This document shows positions 22,250 to 37,899 of a stretch of DNA of 64,000 nucleotides, in pieces (position 1 is the first letter of the stretch; the number at the start of each line of letters is the position of its first letter). Below the pieces are notes generated by a model that saw only the letters and a list, made by a program, of their open reading frames with translations, made no database searches and had not been told where the DNA came from. The position numbers and the translations under genes are program-made. The DNA is from Eledone cirrhosa (lineage: Eukaryota), in assembly GCA_964016885.1 (NCBI GenBank), contig OZ024740.1, positions 300,948,001 through 301,012,000 on the forward strand, given 5' to 3'.

Positions 22250-23385
22250 ATTAGAATGAAAGAGTGATGGAAAGCGACATTTAAATTTCACAACGTGCGT
22301 AAAATATAATATTGATGCGTATGTATATTATAGGATGAAATATAAAATCCAATTCTGAAGTCCGCTTTGCATTGATCAGTGTAATAAAATAGAAGGTAAA
22401 ATATTTACATGAACCATATTTGTCTCATGTCGACTTTTGTATCATGACGAATTTTTAACGAACAAATTCCCATCGTTTCTTTCATGCTCTCTGGAAACAG
22501 CTTCGAATGGTGCACAGAGGAAATTTCTGAACGGCAACAAGATGGTGAAATTATTTGAACCTTCTTGTATAAACCTGTTTTGAAAACTAATGAAACTTAC
22601 GATAATAGATGGCAGTTTACTTCTTGATTCTTGCGTAGTAACTAATTATGCAGCGATATTATTATTTTCGTAACCCCAAGAGAAAAGTTTGCCTATATTC
22701 GAACTGATTTCTTCGGGCTTGCTATGATTTCAACATTTTTTAAAACCATGATAATTAATTACTGTTTAAGTAATTTTACCTTCAGGTGATATTGTGTATG
22801 AAGAAAGTACTGTAATGCTTTAAGAAAATGAATATTAACATATTAATTCTTCTGAGAAGTCGGTGCGAAATTGTATTAAATCAGATCGTACAAAGCGAGT
22901 AAAGTTCCTTCCCAGAGAATAAAAAAAAAACTATACTGGAAATTCTGTATTTTATCCGTTGTTTCAATTATGTTATATATCTTATGTAATCGTGCACATT
23001 GACTTTTCAATTTGCCAAATAATATTACAATATTAAAATTTAGATTGAAATTACTCTAATGGAAACATAACTTCATTTCCCACACTAACAGATGTGCTGG
23101 ACATCAAATCTTATTTGACGAATAAATATGAAACATCTGTATTAAATTTCTTAATATTACAGCATTTCAGGAATTTTAATCGGAATATGTTTTAAGAAGG
23201 CTTTTACAGATGCACGCTAAATGTATTTGTATAAATAATAAAATAAAGGAAAAGAAAGTTTCATATAAACAATCAGCCATTTTTCAGATATACATGGGAA
23301 TTACTTATCTCGAATTTCAATTTACTAAAGGATGCGACTTCTGGATTATATTTGAATACATACATAAATACATCCATACACACAC

Positions 23386-23489
<104 letters not shown>

Positions 23490-24843
23490 GAATAATTGCA
23501 CCTACAATATTTTCGAATTTGCCAACCTTTCCTTATATAACTAACAGTTCTACGACTGTACAGATTTATTCGTAATTTTTAATATGTTTCAATAGTTAAT
23601 ATATCATGCGTATATTAGCATAGTTTAAAATCAATTTCCTATAATAATTTCATCGCAAAGTATTTAGTTCATTTAATTAATCCATAATAGTTCTCTTACA
23701 CCTAATGGATTCTTATATCTTTAATGATAAATTCAAAATAAATTATTTCAACTGATAACAACGAGTTATTGGACACATAGTGGTCACGGGGTTATTGATT
23801 AATAAACGGCAGCTCGATGACGGAATTTGTTAAATATTGTACATACAATCGAAAACCCCTTAGAATTGGAGAACTCCGAATTTCTTTTTGAAGCAGAAGT
23901 ACACAACGAATAAATCTCCGGCGACAATATCCAATAAAGCTGTGGGCAATCCAAATATCTTAACAGCTATTTGGGAGAAGAAAATATAATTTTTAAATTT
24001 TGGTTCCTCAAATCTACACACGGGCCATCAACATGCATCGGTTTTATATAATACACAATAGTTTGATACTTTCATGTGGAAGGAAATGCCATCTCAAGCA
24101 GTAGCACAAAGAGAGTAGAGGCAAAGTAGTGCTGCTCTAAAGGGCAACGACTATTATAGCAACATTTTATAAAAGATAATATAAAGGAAAAATGTGCATT
24201 CATATTGTTCAAATGATTGGATATAATAATTTCAACCCACGCTGCATAAAATGTGCATATGGATATAAGTATTGATACATAGACACGTAAGCATATCGAC
24301 ATGTTCAGTTTGTATCTTAGCGGGCTCGATGTATATATGTGAATAGACATTTTACGTAGTGTCGTCTATACTTCGGGGGCTTAGTGCACAATTTTTTAGA
24401 TATTAAATTCAGCTCCGAGGAGAGGTACGAAAATATGAAAATGAATGTGCCATTTCTTTATAATTATTACATTTATAAGGCTTTGTAATGTCGTCAGTGT
24501 CGGGGGTGTGATATGCGCATTCTATGACGAGACCCTGATTAGCGTCACAATTTGATTCATTATTAAAGTCCGGAAAATTCATAGTGGTAGCACAACATAA
24601 ACTGTTGCTTACCAGAAGCTACTTAGCAGAACAAAAATACTTATTTTTGATTGATATGCATCGAAAATAACACTGAAAGCAGGAAAATTATTCAGGAAGC
24701 CATTTACAGTACATCGAAGTGAATAAATGAAAAGACATACAAGACCGTGTCATGGAGATTTATATATTTTGGTCTGTTTCAAATTCCAGCCAAACGTTTG
24801 AAGGAAAATGTTTTAGAGAAACATAAAGGAATAGGGTTTATTC

Positions 24844-24962
24844 AGGTAACGAATCGGCAGAGTCGCTAGGATGCTTCGTGTTATTGGTTTTGGCTCTCGG
24901 CTCTCTGAGTTCAAATTCTGCCGAGTTCAGGTCGACAAAAAATTACCAGTCTAATACTGGTG
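24844..24962 (+). mobile_element. tRNA-derived SINE, internally deleted
   Basis: A-box-like GGCAGAGTCG, B-box GAGTTCAAATTC, then GTCGAC...TACCAGT..TACTGG. Same family as 47385-47570. Confidence 0.6.
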
Positions 24963-26299
24963 ACGATTCTTTCTCTATATTTTCTCTCTCTCTCCTTCTC
25001 TGGTAGAAATCTGTTGTATTCAGACCTGGAGAGTGATGGGCTTTACCAGGCTTAAAATGCCCTAGATACGCCATGTGTCACAACGTCGCCCCTACGTCCC
25101 TCGGTAGTTACGGGACCATGCATGCAATTGTTATTCAATGAAATAAAAGATAGCTCAAGTATGAAACATGCATTAAGTAAAAAGAAAAAGATACAGAAAA
25201 TAAGATTTGAAATGACCGATATTATGAAATTAATGAGGCATCCGCCGATTTGAAAACAACAACAATGACGTGTCTGAGATATGTCTAATAGTATATCGGT
25301 GGAATTTATTATATAAAAAAATATTTAAACGAAATGGATACATCAGGCTAGCGGAACGCAAAGGGGATAGAAACATAAACAAATAACCAGTTATTGATAC
25401 TTGAACTTCTAAAAGTAACAGGCTATTTAACAAAACACCAAGACTGGTAGCAAACTAATAAATGTAGTCAAAGTATATTTGTTTAAAAAACCCAGTTAAA
25501 ACACCCTTAATCATAGCCTTCACATTAAAAATTGAAAATAGGCTTATACCACTTGGCGTCATGGTAGCAATCATCTATTTGACCAAAGTTCTGCCAGAGC
25601 AGAGCTGACCTGCAGCTAAGCAACAGCAATGACATTATCGATATGCAAACATATCAGCAATAACATCTTTACCAAAACATGAGATTCCGTGACATCAACA
25701 GTCTTTAACAAGGTAGTTGCTCCTCTGAAAAATATCAATATCCACTCAAAGAACTAACTTTAGCAGAAATGGGTGAATATATAAAAATAGTAGTTATTGT
25801 TTAAGTAAGCAGTTATTTACCGGTGAATGAACACGAGGTTCAAAATCCCAGGTGAAATCCAACAACAAAATCAACTGAACAAACTGTTGATCTCAGGAAA
25901 CATTGCGGTCGTTTTTGAAACAGAAATATTTACAGCTAAAAATATAATTTCAATACGAGTTCTCTCCAAAACACAGTTTGTGACATCAGTATTCATTTAA
26001 ATGCCCCCATGTAGCTCATAGGAAATTTTTAATTGTCAAGATTTTGAAGAATTACAATATTTTGTGGCAGATGACATTGTTATAAAGAGAACAATTAGTT
26101 CGTCAATAGTTTCATTTTAAGTTGTATGACTTGGGTAATATATAGCCAGATCTGATTATCAAGTTGTATATCTTATAATTTCGGATGAAAAGACATTCAT
26201 GATCGAGAAATGGCTAAATTGTAACAATTTCTGAAGGATATAAACTTAAGTGTTATGGACTTTCTCTGCTTAATAGTATCTTAGGTGATACACATATGC

Positions 26300-26620
26300 G
26301 ACATTTCGTCGGTTATGACGACGAGTCTTCCAGGTGGTACGATCAACGAAACGGCCTGCTCGTGAAAATAAGGTTTAGGTGACTGAGCATTCCACAGACA
26401 TGCATAACCTTAACGTAGTTCTCAGGGAGATTCAGCGTGACACAGAATGTGACAAGACTGGCCATTCCAATTATAGCACAACTAAGTATTCCCAGCTGAG
26501 TGCATTAGAGCAACGGAACATTTTTTCTTACTCAAATACAGAGCGCGCAGCCGGGAATCGAAGCCATAACCTTCAGACTGTGAGCTGAATACCCTAATCA
26601 CAAAGCCACGCAGCCTCACA
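26300..26620 (-). mobile_element. tRNA-derived SINE, second family
   Basis: Minus-strand head GGCTGCGTGGCTTTGTGATTAGGGTATTCAGCTCACAGTCTGAAGGTTATGGCTTCGATTCCCGG has tRNA-like A and B boxes, followed by an approximately 250-bp body. Confidence 0.65.
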
Positions 26621-28079
26621 GGTCATACACATAAACCTTGCATATACAGTTCATGATTAACAGAAGAACACATCTGTAATTAAAGAAAGGTTACAGCAGA
26701 ATATTTTACCGAAGTTCTTCAGCTAGCAATACAATGAACGTAATTTTTTACTGTGGGGTTATTGTTTCAACCCTTTGCCAGATCTATTTCAGTAATCATG
26801 TAATATAAAGATTTCCAATTAACCAGAATGATTTTCAACCGTAGATAAAAGTTTGATGTATATAGTTCGTGATTTATTATCTCATAAATTTGGTCATCAA
26901 TATCATTATCTATTATTATGTTTGGTTTTGTGTAAGATTCCTAGAATCAGTAATATTGCAAATTTTGTGAATTTCTTTAAATAAACATGTTTTTAAAACA
27001 TTTAAAAAGTGTAAACTAATTATTTCATGAAAAATCATTAAACAGGTTGGTGCCTGGTTCTGTTATCACATTTGACACGGATCTTACATGGATTTACATG
27101 GAGTTACACGAAATAATCAATCAAAGGTATTTTCCAATGCGTACATCGGTGCATTCGAGGAGTAACATTGGACATGCTGGTATGCTTAAATAGAGTGCCC
27201 AAGGGAATAATTTATTTACCTTATTTTTTTTTTAACATGTGGAATCGAATGTAATTTCCGAATTTCTCTGTGACACAAGGCTTTGTTACTCCAAAATCAT
27301 AATGGCTAATTAACACAATAAACATCAAAATATCCGATTAATCCTCAAAATTGGCGATATAGACAATATCGATTATTTGTGGGTTAATGGGTTTAAATGT
27401 TAGTACTACAAAATAATTTGAAGACGAAATGAATTGGAGTATCTACGCAAGGAACTTAAGTACGTGCATACCTCACTGTTGTAATTGATCGAGCTACACA
27501 TGTATATTCGCATACGCAGACACAAGCTCACACATATACATACTCAGACCCGGGGTTCCACACAGAGAAACCCAAACATAAGCATGCACGCAATTACGTC
27601 CACATACAAGCACACAATAAAAAACACTACAGGCAATACAAAAGTTCAGAAAGACACACATGGTGATACACATACACACACATGCAGAAACGTATACACT
27701 CACTCATGCGATGACATACACAAACATATGTATACGTACACACCATACACACATAACTGAATAGAATTCTGACACACGTGTAAATACAAACACACACAAA
27801 CACATACAAAGGTCGGACACACTCATGCAGAAACACACATAAAACACGAAAGAACACTTACAGACACGTGAAAATACACACAAACGTAGATACTCACGCA
27901 CATGACAACATAAAAATCGCATACACAAACGGCAAAATCGCATACACAGGGGTGGAGGAACTGGGGGTGGGGGCAAGGAGGAGCATGCCCACCCCCACAC
28001 CCCACCGTAATTATATTTTTCTCCACAAACTTCGACAACACGTCTATTTGTATAATCGTTACAATTTATGTAAATGTTA

Positions 28080-29290
28080 TGTAGAGAGAGATGGGAGAGG
28101 TCGATATAGATATAGAGAGGGGGATAGTATGATGGTAATTGATATAGAGAGGAAGGTTGGGAGAGTGTGTTGTATATTAGATATAGAGAGGAGTCAGATT
28201 GATATTCATTGATATAGAGAGGTGAATGGAAAATAGTTCTTTGTAGTAGATATAGAGAGGGGGAGAGTTTGGCGTTAATTGATATAGAGAGGTGTATTCG
28301 AAGAGAGATCCGTGTAGTAGATATAGAGATGGGGGAGAGTTTGGGGTTAATTGATAGATAAAGAAGAAATGGAAGAGAGTTCCGTGTAGTAGATATAGAG
28401 AGGGGCGTTTGGTAGTGATGGATATATTGAGGGGGAATGAGAGAGAACGTTGTATGGTACCTATCGGGAGGGGGTGGGGGTAGTTTGGTAGTAATTGATA
28501 TATAGCGGGAGGATGGAAGAGTGAGTCGTATATTAGATATAGAGAGGGGTGAATTTTGTGATAATTGATATAGTGATGGAGATGGTAGAGAGTTCTGTGT
28601 AGTAGATATAGATGGGGTAGTGTTTGGTGTTAATTGATATATAGAGGGGGGTTGGAAGTGAGTACCATGTAGTAAATATGGTGAGGGTGATAGTTTGGTA
28701 GTGTTAGATAGAGTGAGGGGAAATGAGAGAGAGTGCTGTATGCTAGATATATTGATATATAGAGGGCGTTTGGAAGGGTGTGTCGTATATTAAATAGTGC
28801 GAGAGGGAGAGTTGGGCGTTAATTGATATAGAAATGTTATTCAAAAAGAGTTCTGTGAGCGAGAGTTCCTTGTCGTAGATATACAAATATCGAGAGTGTG
28901 GCGTTAATTGATCTAGAGAGGGGCATACGAAGATAGTTCCGTGTAGTAGATATAGAGTTTGGTGTTAATTGGAAGAGTGTACTCAGCGCATAGTTGATAT
29001 AGAGAGGGGTAGAGCTTGTTAGTGATGGAGAGAGTGCGAGGGAATGAGAGAGAGTGTTGTATGGTAGATATAGGGAGGGGAATATTTTGGTGGTGATTTA
29101 TATATAGGAGGTTTGAAGAGTGCGTCGTACAGTAGATATACACTGGTAGAGAGTTTGGTGTTAATTGATTTAGAGAGGGGGATTGGAAGAGAGTATCGTG
29201 TATTATATATAGAGAATGGAAGCGCTTTGTGATAATTGATATAGAGAGGGAGATTGGAAGAGAGCATCGTGTAGTAGATATAAAGATGGG
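28080..29290 (+). repeat. Degenerate purine-rich minisatellite, about 71-bp period made of two related subunits
   Basis: Recurring GTAGTAGATATAGAGAGGGG...TTTGG.GTTAATTGATATAGAGAGG...GAAGAGAG, e.g. at 28243, 28314 and 28386. Confidence 0.85.
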
Positions 29291-29299
29291 AATTTAAAA

Positions 29300-30882
29300 T
29301 AAAAATGTTCGCACATGTAGTGGGAGCAAGTATAAACCTAAGCCTTAAGGAACATATGTTCAAGTTTAAAGGCAAAACATATGCCCAAGAGGTATTGGCA
29401 GCTATTGGCGTTAGCATTGCAGGTGGCATCGCTAAACTCTTTATGGTATGGTGGCACATAAGACACGAGGAACGCTTAGACGACAATTTTATAACACTTA
29501 CTATGTATTCCTGCTACGTAGATTACATAAACATCATAGTGAAAATACCCCCACCGGAGAATAGTAAGGAATTAAAGAAGAACACCATGGAAACTTCAAG
29601 CAAATAGCTAACTTCATCCACCAGAGTATTAAAGATACTATAAACTACCTAACTAAACACGCCAGGCATAGATTGCCCGTACTAGACACAAATCTTGTTG
29701 GAAACTATTAGTAAAAGAACGTAAATCCTCCATTTGTATTTTGTGAAACATATGACATCCAGGTAACAGATCCATCGAAACTCAGCATTAAAATCAATAT
29801 ACCGATTGCGTATTTAGTAAGGGTGATGAAGAGCGTGTCACGCATGTGCAATCCTAAAGAATTAGAGAGAGACACACATAACACTTCATCCACCGCATGC
29901 AGTTCTCTGGCTACAATCAGGATATATAAAAGAGCCAGGACCAAATGGGCAAGCGAACTAGCTTACAGATTTAGAAGGGCCCTAGACAAGTTCAAATTAA
30001 ATATTAAGATAGTTGAAAGACTAGGTTTTCCCATAAAAACCCTAATTAGTCAAACATATCCATATTAAAGTATCTCCTGCACTGATAGGAAATGTATAGT
30101 CTACAAGCTAAGCTTGCAAACTAACTGCAACACTAGAAACGTAGTATATAGCATAAGATAAACTGAGGGATAATATAGGAATAAGAATACAACATAAATA
30201 GAAGAAACAACTCGTAGCATAAGATAAATGCTAAGTGAACACTGGTGGGAACTCTAAGATGGGGAAAAACTCATCAACACTCCACCAACATGCAAAAATA
30301 GAACATAGCGACACACTGGAGAACAACGAAATAAAATTATATCCACACACAGAAAATATGCATTGCTCAGACAAATTACAGAGACGAAAAACTTAAACGA
30401 ACTCCAACTAAAATACAGAAAATATGAGTGGAATAGCAACATCACAACTAGTAATTGCGGGCAAAATGAACTCACACACAAAATTACCCACAAACTAATA
30501 AAACAAATCAGACACACACAGATAGAACAAACAACTGATTAGTGACAGGAAAATCAAACAGATAAAAAAATGAAAAAAATCACACAAACGTCAGGATGTA
30601 ACGTATGCGCAAACCTAGCACACAGCACACAACAGCCAACATCAAGATGTTATAGGACAGAACAAATGAGATACACAAAATAATAACCCAGTCACTGATG
30701 AATTCACAGAATGTTTGACGAAAGAGCTTTGACAATATATAAACAAACTTCGGTTTATCGAACCAACAAACCAACCAACCGGAAACTTATAATAAATTGA
30801 AGTAAAATCAAGGTATAAGAATATCTGTTTCAACACACGTTTTCAGAAAAGAAATCTCGCAAAAAAAAATTCAAAAGTGAAT
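29300..30882 (+). mobile_element. Decayed, 5'-truncated Penelope-like retroelement (RT remnant, GIY-YIG remnant, HHR)
   Basis: FKFKGKTYAQE..AIGVSIAGGIAKLFM...YVDYINIIV (RT motifs 4-5, degenerate YVDD). NCNTRNVVYSI...EETTRSI (GIY-YIG). HHR GUCA-CUGAUGA-...-GAAA-GAGC-UU-UGAC at 30691-30733. Ends in (AT)n. Confidence 0.8.
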
Positions 30883-31439
30883 ATATATGTATATATATAA
30901 AAAAATAAGAAAATATTGAAGATAGGAGAGTGAACGGATACAGAGAGTAAACCCATCTCAGCAGTCGACCGCTAGAGATACAATGGATCGGTGCTATATA
31001 TATATGTATTTATGTATATATGTGTGTGTGTGATGGCGCGCTGCGCGTGTGTGTGTGCGTGCGCGCGCACGCGTGTGTGTGTGTAATTATATGTTGACGT
31101 ATGTATCTTCCAATTTTTCCCACAAATTTCTACAAACTTTAATGAAAATGGAATACATATGTTTTAGCAAAATATCTTTACATACTGCCCGTTTTATATT
31201 TATTACTAATACACATTTAAATCCGTGTTTTCGTCTTCCATAAGATTTTAACGTTTTCTCCACTGTATTTTAAATTGTTTCCATTTTCGGTCTTCAGATA
31301 TTTTGACATGTTTGGTAAATATTTATGTTAATTATATTGTATAATACATTCTGAACATATCAATGCAACATAAATGAGTATTCTTATTGAATTGATCAAA
31401 ATATCCATCAATCAATTAAATAATTTAATTGTTTCAACT

Positions 31440-31546
31440 GTTGGCACAAGGCCAGCAATTATTCCAGTTCATTACTGGTACTTTATTTTATCGACCCAAT
31501 AAGGATGAAAGGCAAAGTTAACCTCGGCGGGATTTGAACTCAGAAT
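31440..31546 (-). mobile_element. tRNA/CORE-type SINE fragment
   Basis: Reverse complement of GAGTTCAAATCCCGCCGAGGTTAACTTTGCCTTTCATCC...GTCGATAAAATAAAGTACCAGTAATG. Confidence 0.75.
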
Positions 31547-31600
31547 GGCAATAATTTAATGTAGTCTAATCATGGTTATTTGTCTTCATATATATATATA

Positions 31601-31748
31601 TGTCTTTATTCATCAGAAGAAATATTTATTATGATAATAAATATTTCTTCTGATGAATGAAGACAGGCATGGGTATCTGTCTTCAAGAAATCATTGGTAA
31701 ATGAAATAATTATCGTATGTTGTTTATTACATAACTAAAAAGCTCTGT
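31601..31748 (+). mobile_element. Miniature fold-back PLE end with intact HHR (31643-31708)
   Basis: Palindrome 31601-31665, then AUUUCUU-CUGAUGA-A-UGAAGACAG(10 nt)CUGUCUUCA-A-GAAA-UCAUUGG-UA-AA(U)GAAAU. (AT)n on both sides. Confidence 0.8.
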
Positions 31749-31945
31749 ATATATATATATATGTAAATGAAGTATTTCCGTAGGAAAGGTAAGGGAAGAG
31801 AGAGTGTTCTATGTAGGCTACAGAGCTTTTTAGTTATGTAATAAACAACATAGACAAATAATATTCAAACAGACATTTCGAACAAATCTCTCGTTCACCC
31901 TGTGAAAATTTATTATAAAATCATAAAAATACATTTTTCGCATAC

Positions 31946-32092
<147 letters not shown>

Positions 32093-32263
32093 CGTGTGTG
32101 TGTATGTGAGTCCCGGGCTCGATCGGAGGCACCACAGTAAGTGAAGTACTCAATAGATTACTAAATTATTATACAAAATGTCATATAGAATTGGCTTCAG
32201 GACTAGAACTAGTCAACGTTACGAATGAAACATTTATAGTCCTGTAGAAGCCATTTCTATATG

Positions 32264-32297
<34 letters not shown>

Positions 32298-32595
32298 GGA
32301 ATAGAATGAAACAAAACTTAATTTCTCACTCTTAGTACGACACTTACTTAAATGTAAGTATGTATGTATACGTACATATATATATGTATACAAACTTACA
32401 GTAGTATGTATATAAATACATACATGCACACATTTATATATGCACGTATCGGTTTACCGAACATTTATTATAATGCTCGGTTTGCTTGTTTGTAAACAAA
32501 GAAACAGCCCGAATTACGCCGTACAGTGTTTAGGCAACCACGTCACAATAAAATAAAACAATAAAATCCTGATAATATTATATAAATACATAAAT

Positions 32596-32927
<332 letters not shown>

Positions 32928-33791
32928 GAGATATATTTTTGGAATTTTGGAGTATTATGTCAGTCAGTGACTATGTTAGAAGCAATACATTGTAAACAAT
33001 AAAATACTGATAATATTTTATAAATACGTAAATTCTATCGCTTACAGTATGGAATATAAAAACATATAGCAAGAACATGTAGGCAGTTAAATACACCTGA
33101 TGTGCGATTGATGCATTCTTATTTAATTTGCTGTCATTCGATGTGCCTTTTTACCATTAGTTACAAAGATAATAATTGTAAAATTATATGGAGGTTTTAA
33201 ATTTAAGTGCGCTTCCTACTTTCCATAAATGTTATTCACGTAAGATGAATAGATTTGCTAAGATAGGATTTATGATGTTTGAGCAAAAACAAATGAAGCA
33301 GTAAGATATTTAAACGGAAAGACTTCAAGGAAAGAACGACAGCACAAGATAAAAGCTTTCAGTTTCCAATATCATTTGTTAAAAGTGAGGATATAAAATA
33401 AAATTAAAAAATAAAAACAAACATCTTACGAACATGCAAATACAAATGGATATCCGCTATGCATTTTCTCAGTGAAGCTGTGCAAAAACATGGAATATCA
33501 TATACACTTAATACACTGATATTTTCGTTTGCGCACAAATATACACAACCACATTTTCGTCCATATATATATATCAAATCGTAAAGAGTATTTCGTGACA
33601 TGTAGTTTACAACATATCCTTCTTGTTTTTCCATCTTATGAAATATATAGATAAAAATTTAAAGATGCATAAACTCAGACACTCACACATACACACCACC
33701 CACACACACATACACACTCACACACATAAATTTATATATATATATATATATATATGTATTTTTATATATATATGTATATACACACACTCAC

Positions 33792-33871
<80 letters not shown>

Positions 33872-34882
33872 GTGTGTGTGTGTGTATGTGTGTTTGTGTG
33901 TGTGTGTGTACCAAAGAGATTGTTTTGGTAAAAACAGGAGCAAGGGGGAGAAAGCTTTCAAAATGTATAGTTTGTAGTTACGATGGAGATACAGTATAAT
34001 GATAACATTGATAAAGCTGCTGGTGTTACATAAATCATGTTTTCATTATAATTATTTCAATCATGCAAACAAGATGAGATTCATGCATTTGTTGCTGTTC
34101 TGAGAACGATATCCTCAGATGAATATCGAGGTAATGATATGCTGCCGGCAGGTAATAATAAAAAAGCGGACGTTCTTCTGCTCGTGCCTCCAGCATACGT
34201 CGTGTTTACTGGAGTAAAGTACTATACACGTGTCAATTACCGAAATCAGGTTTCACGCATCCCCCACGTAAATCAGACAAAAGGTAACCCATCAAGTATG
34301 TTGTGTTGATCTGTATCAAACGATAGTCTATGCGTACCCAGAATCCAGTAGATTGTTGAAGAAATAAATGGAACTCCGAGGAAGGGTGTGTTATATATTT
34401 TGTTGACAGCCACATTCAAGACAACAGCTGCAACAACGACAGCAGCAACAACAACAATGACAGCAACAGCAAACACCGACCAACGTCGCCTACACTGGCT
34501 GCTGCAGTCGTAGTGATAGTAATACTTCGCTGACAACAAGTACGATAACAACAGACAGCGATGACATCAAACTCAGCAATAAACGGAACTCTGATGTAGG
34601 GCGATAAAATATACCTGATGGTATACGACCTCAAGATTTTAATGATATTAATGATATTAGTACCCAGTTAAAGGCAGCGAGAACACACTACCCGAGAAAC
34701 AGTCAGCGGCAACACTGACAACAATAACAGCACTAGTAATGAACCCATCACGGCGACGACAGCAAAACAATTTCCCGGTGGTGTGGCTCGTTGGCCGAAT
34801 GGGATGTATTAGAGGCGGTTGAGATCGTGGTCTGTGGATTAATCCTTGTCAGGAGATACATTTGGGTTGTCCTGCCAAGCAT

Positions 34883-34917
<35 letters not shown>

Positions 34918-34935
34918 GTGTATATATATATGTAT

Positions 34936-35044
<109 letters not shown>

Positions 35045-35050
35045 TATATA

Positions 35051-35605
35051 GGATTTCGCTTCAAGCATAGCTTGATCATCCAGAGACGTGCCAGAGTCAT
35101 GCAGACAATGTTTCCAGCGACAACATTGGTCTTAGGTGTCGTCAGCAGTCAAGGTGACGACATGCCACCTCACTTCTTCCATGAGGGCCTGAAGCTGAAC
35201 ACCGATGGCTACATCCGCGTTCTGGCTGTCAGAGAACTTCGTCAACCACACTTCACCTGACATCAACCTCCCAGCTCGCCTGACTTCAACCCCCTCGACT
35301 TCTTTGTATGGGGCGCAGTGGAACGAGAAACCAACAGATCTAGCTGCAATACGAAAGACGATGTGAAGGCCAGGATCACAAGTGCCTTTAGGGGCCTAAG
35401 TCGGGGGACAGTGACGAAGGCCTGTAGCCGGTTCCGAGGCCGCCTGTAGGCCGTCATCAAAGCCAATGGCGGGTTTTTCGAGTGAGATCGAAAGAACAGG
35501 TCACGACAAACTGCCCCAAGTTTGATAAATATATGTTAAAAAATAAACCACTGTGTCACATTTTCCTAGACAGTAATCTTGCGAACAAATATCGTCCGCG
35601 CCCTG
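35051..35605 (+). mobile_element. Tc1/mariner (DD37D/maT-like) transposon, 3' part, internally deleted
   Basis: [40 protein letters not shown] and PPSSPDFNPLDFFVWGAVERETN. Terminus ...ATCGTCCGCGCCCTG followed by TA. Confidence 0.8.
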
Positions 35606-37779
35606 TATATATATATATATATTTAGATGTTTTAATATACATATATATGTACAGGGAGAGATTAAGTGTGTGAAAAGGAGATTTTTATGAATGTATATGG
35701 AAGTTTATGTCAAGCAATTAATCTCAGTCAGGTGAAGCCTGCAATAAATACAAACGAATTTCTGCAGCAGACTTTTCATACACAAATGTATAAAAGCAGT
35801 CGATTATTCTTATTTTAATCCAAAGTGATCAACTCTCACTGTTGATTGATACAAAATACAGAAACACCAATGCCTGGCATACATATATGAATACTGAGAT
35901 GACTTTGGCACGATCACATATTCAAATCTTCATAGTGAGATTTATCACAAGTTCATTAGTAAAGTTGAAGATTTTATAATTTTGTTGCGGACATTGAAAA
36001 CCAAGGTCTGAGGGGAGGTGTATGATTCAATGCCCGAATTGCTTTAGTGTAATTTGTCAATGTTTGCTGCAGATGAAAAGACGTTTAGAGCATACCGAAT
36101 GTTTGCGACTAGCCGCGTGTTTTTATTTAATTTTATGTATGTTACATAACTGTATTAACATAACAAAATTGAGAGAAAAACTTTATGAGAAAAAAGCTAA
36201 AATAACGCTAAAACGGAGACACCAACATAGGATATGTTGAATAATAAAAGGCAAATGAATAGTAGACGAAGAGAAAGGAAGAGTTTTGATATATATCCTG
36301 CACGAAATGTCATATCTTAAACATCATTCTGGAGGTAGTATTTCGTATAGCATAAGCAAAAAAAGAAACGAAGCCATAGAAAATAAATACAGAAGCAATC
36401 CGAAGAACGTATGCTAAATTGATTCGAGAGCTCTTGTATGGTGTAATTCATAAATTTGAATAATTTTGATATCTATAGAGAGAATAATGCCGTTTTCTGA
36501 AAACACATTTTTTTTACACGTTGACATAATGATTTCCTATAAATGTTTCCCCCTCTCTTATTACGAAGCACATTTCTTCTTTTACTCCAACATCAGGTTT
36601 CCTCTATCATGCGTTAATCAATCGCACTTCCATCTTTAACATTGATTCCACATATCGAAACGTCGTGTGATTTCCCATCACAGCTTAGCTCTCCAAAAAA
36701 GTAAAAACGTTTCGCATCCTTGCTTGTACTAATATATTTTCCTATATTGATATGCACAATACATAACTTACAAATAGTAATTCTGTCAACAATGGTTCCT
36801 TTAGCAACACAACTTCTCATTTACCATGTTGACATGTGTTCCCTAACAGTTGCAATCGTTCTCCTCACTTTTCAATTTGGTATTCTGGCTACTGATCATC
36901 TATCATATGTTAGCATACTTAACACTCTTTCTTACGCTCAGCTATCAAAATACACATTCACATTAATGGATCAGACTTTGTAAAACATATTTCTGTCCAT
37001 ACTTGAAGGCTGGGCCAGAAACTGCAGTATATAATTTTTCTCGAAGCGATATATATATATATATACACTTCAGCAAATATCTTTTTCCTGGCTCAAATCA
37101 CAATCAATTTCTGCAGGTCACTTGTGTATACTTGAGTGAGCTTTGTGTTATGGGTAGAAGTCCATTCTTGGACGGAACATAGATTATTTTGTTGTCTGAG
37201 AAGGAAGGAATATTTAAATGTAATATCATAAATACTGAGCAATTTGAATATGAAGCATTAGATGGTGTTAGTGAGCCCTGAAAATCGTGTCATTTTAAGG
37301 GTGCTTAAAATTATATTTTCTAAACTGATCGTTTTCTTTTCCTTAATTTAATCTGAAACGAAATTCGCCACATATTTCTTGCGGTCCGACTGATAACCTA
37401 AACACAGCGTAAGCGCATTAATTGATGGTTTTGAAACTGATTTTAAAATTCTTAGTATAGTATATATATATATTTGGAGTAGTCATTATTAAATAAGATT
37501 GTATTATATATATTTAAACCGATTTGTCTGTGCATTATGTTATTTTTATTTGCACCTGAATCGACAGAATCACTGTCAGATGATGTTAGAAATCTTCTTA
37601 GGTAGCAGTCAAGCTTAATTATTTGTCATTTCTCAATATTGGATTAGGTGATGTATTTATGGTGGGATGCCTAAAATATAGAAGAGTATATAAACTGTAT
37701 AAGATTTATTTATAATACAGTGACATACACATATACACGTATATACATAAACACACACACAAACCCACATATATATATA

Positions 37780-37835
37780 GGAACAAGTAGAAACCCGACG
37801 GCAGAGTCCAAGCCGTTTCGTCGGCTATTTCTTGT
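37780..37835 (-). mobile_element. PLE 3'-end remnant, same family as 6585-6640, with the 3' half of an HHR
   Basis: Minus strand AAUAGCCGAC-GAAA-CGGC(UUGGACUCU)GCCG-UC-GGGUUUCUACUUGUUCC-(UA)n. Confidence 0.6.
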
Positions 37836-37899
37836 ATATTTTAATCAATTAATCGTATACTCAAATAAATAACTAATTTCTAATCGCTATTACAATTTA

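Noticed and set aside
26540-26620. tRNA gene
   Set aside because: The A/B boxes belong to a SINE head; there is no complete cloverleaf.
34060-34400. Possible decayed LINE fragment (minus strand)
   Set aside because: The motif similarity is too weak to call without a search.
36540-37200. Possible host exon or TE coding remnant
   Set aside because: Short ORFs with no recognisable motif and no clear splice structure.
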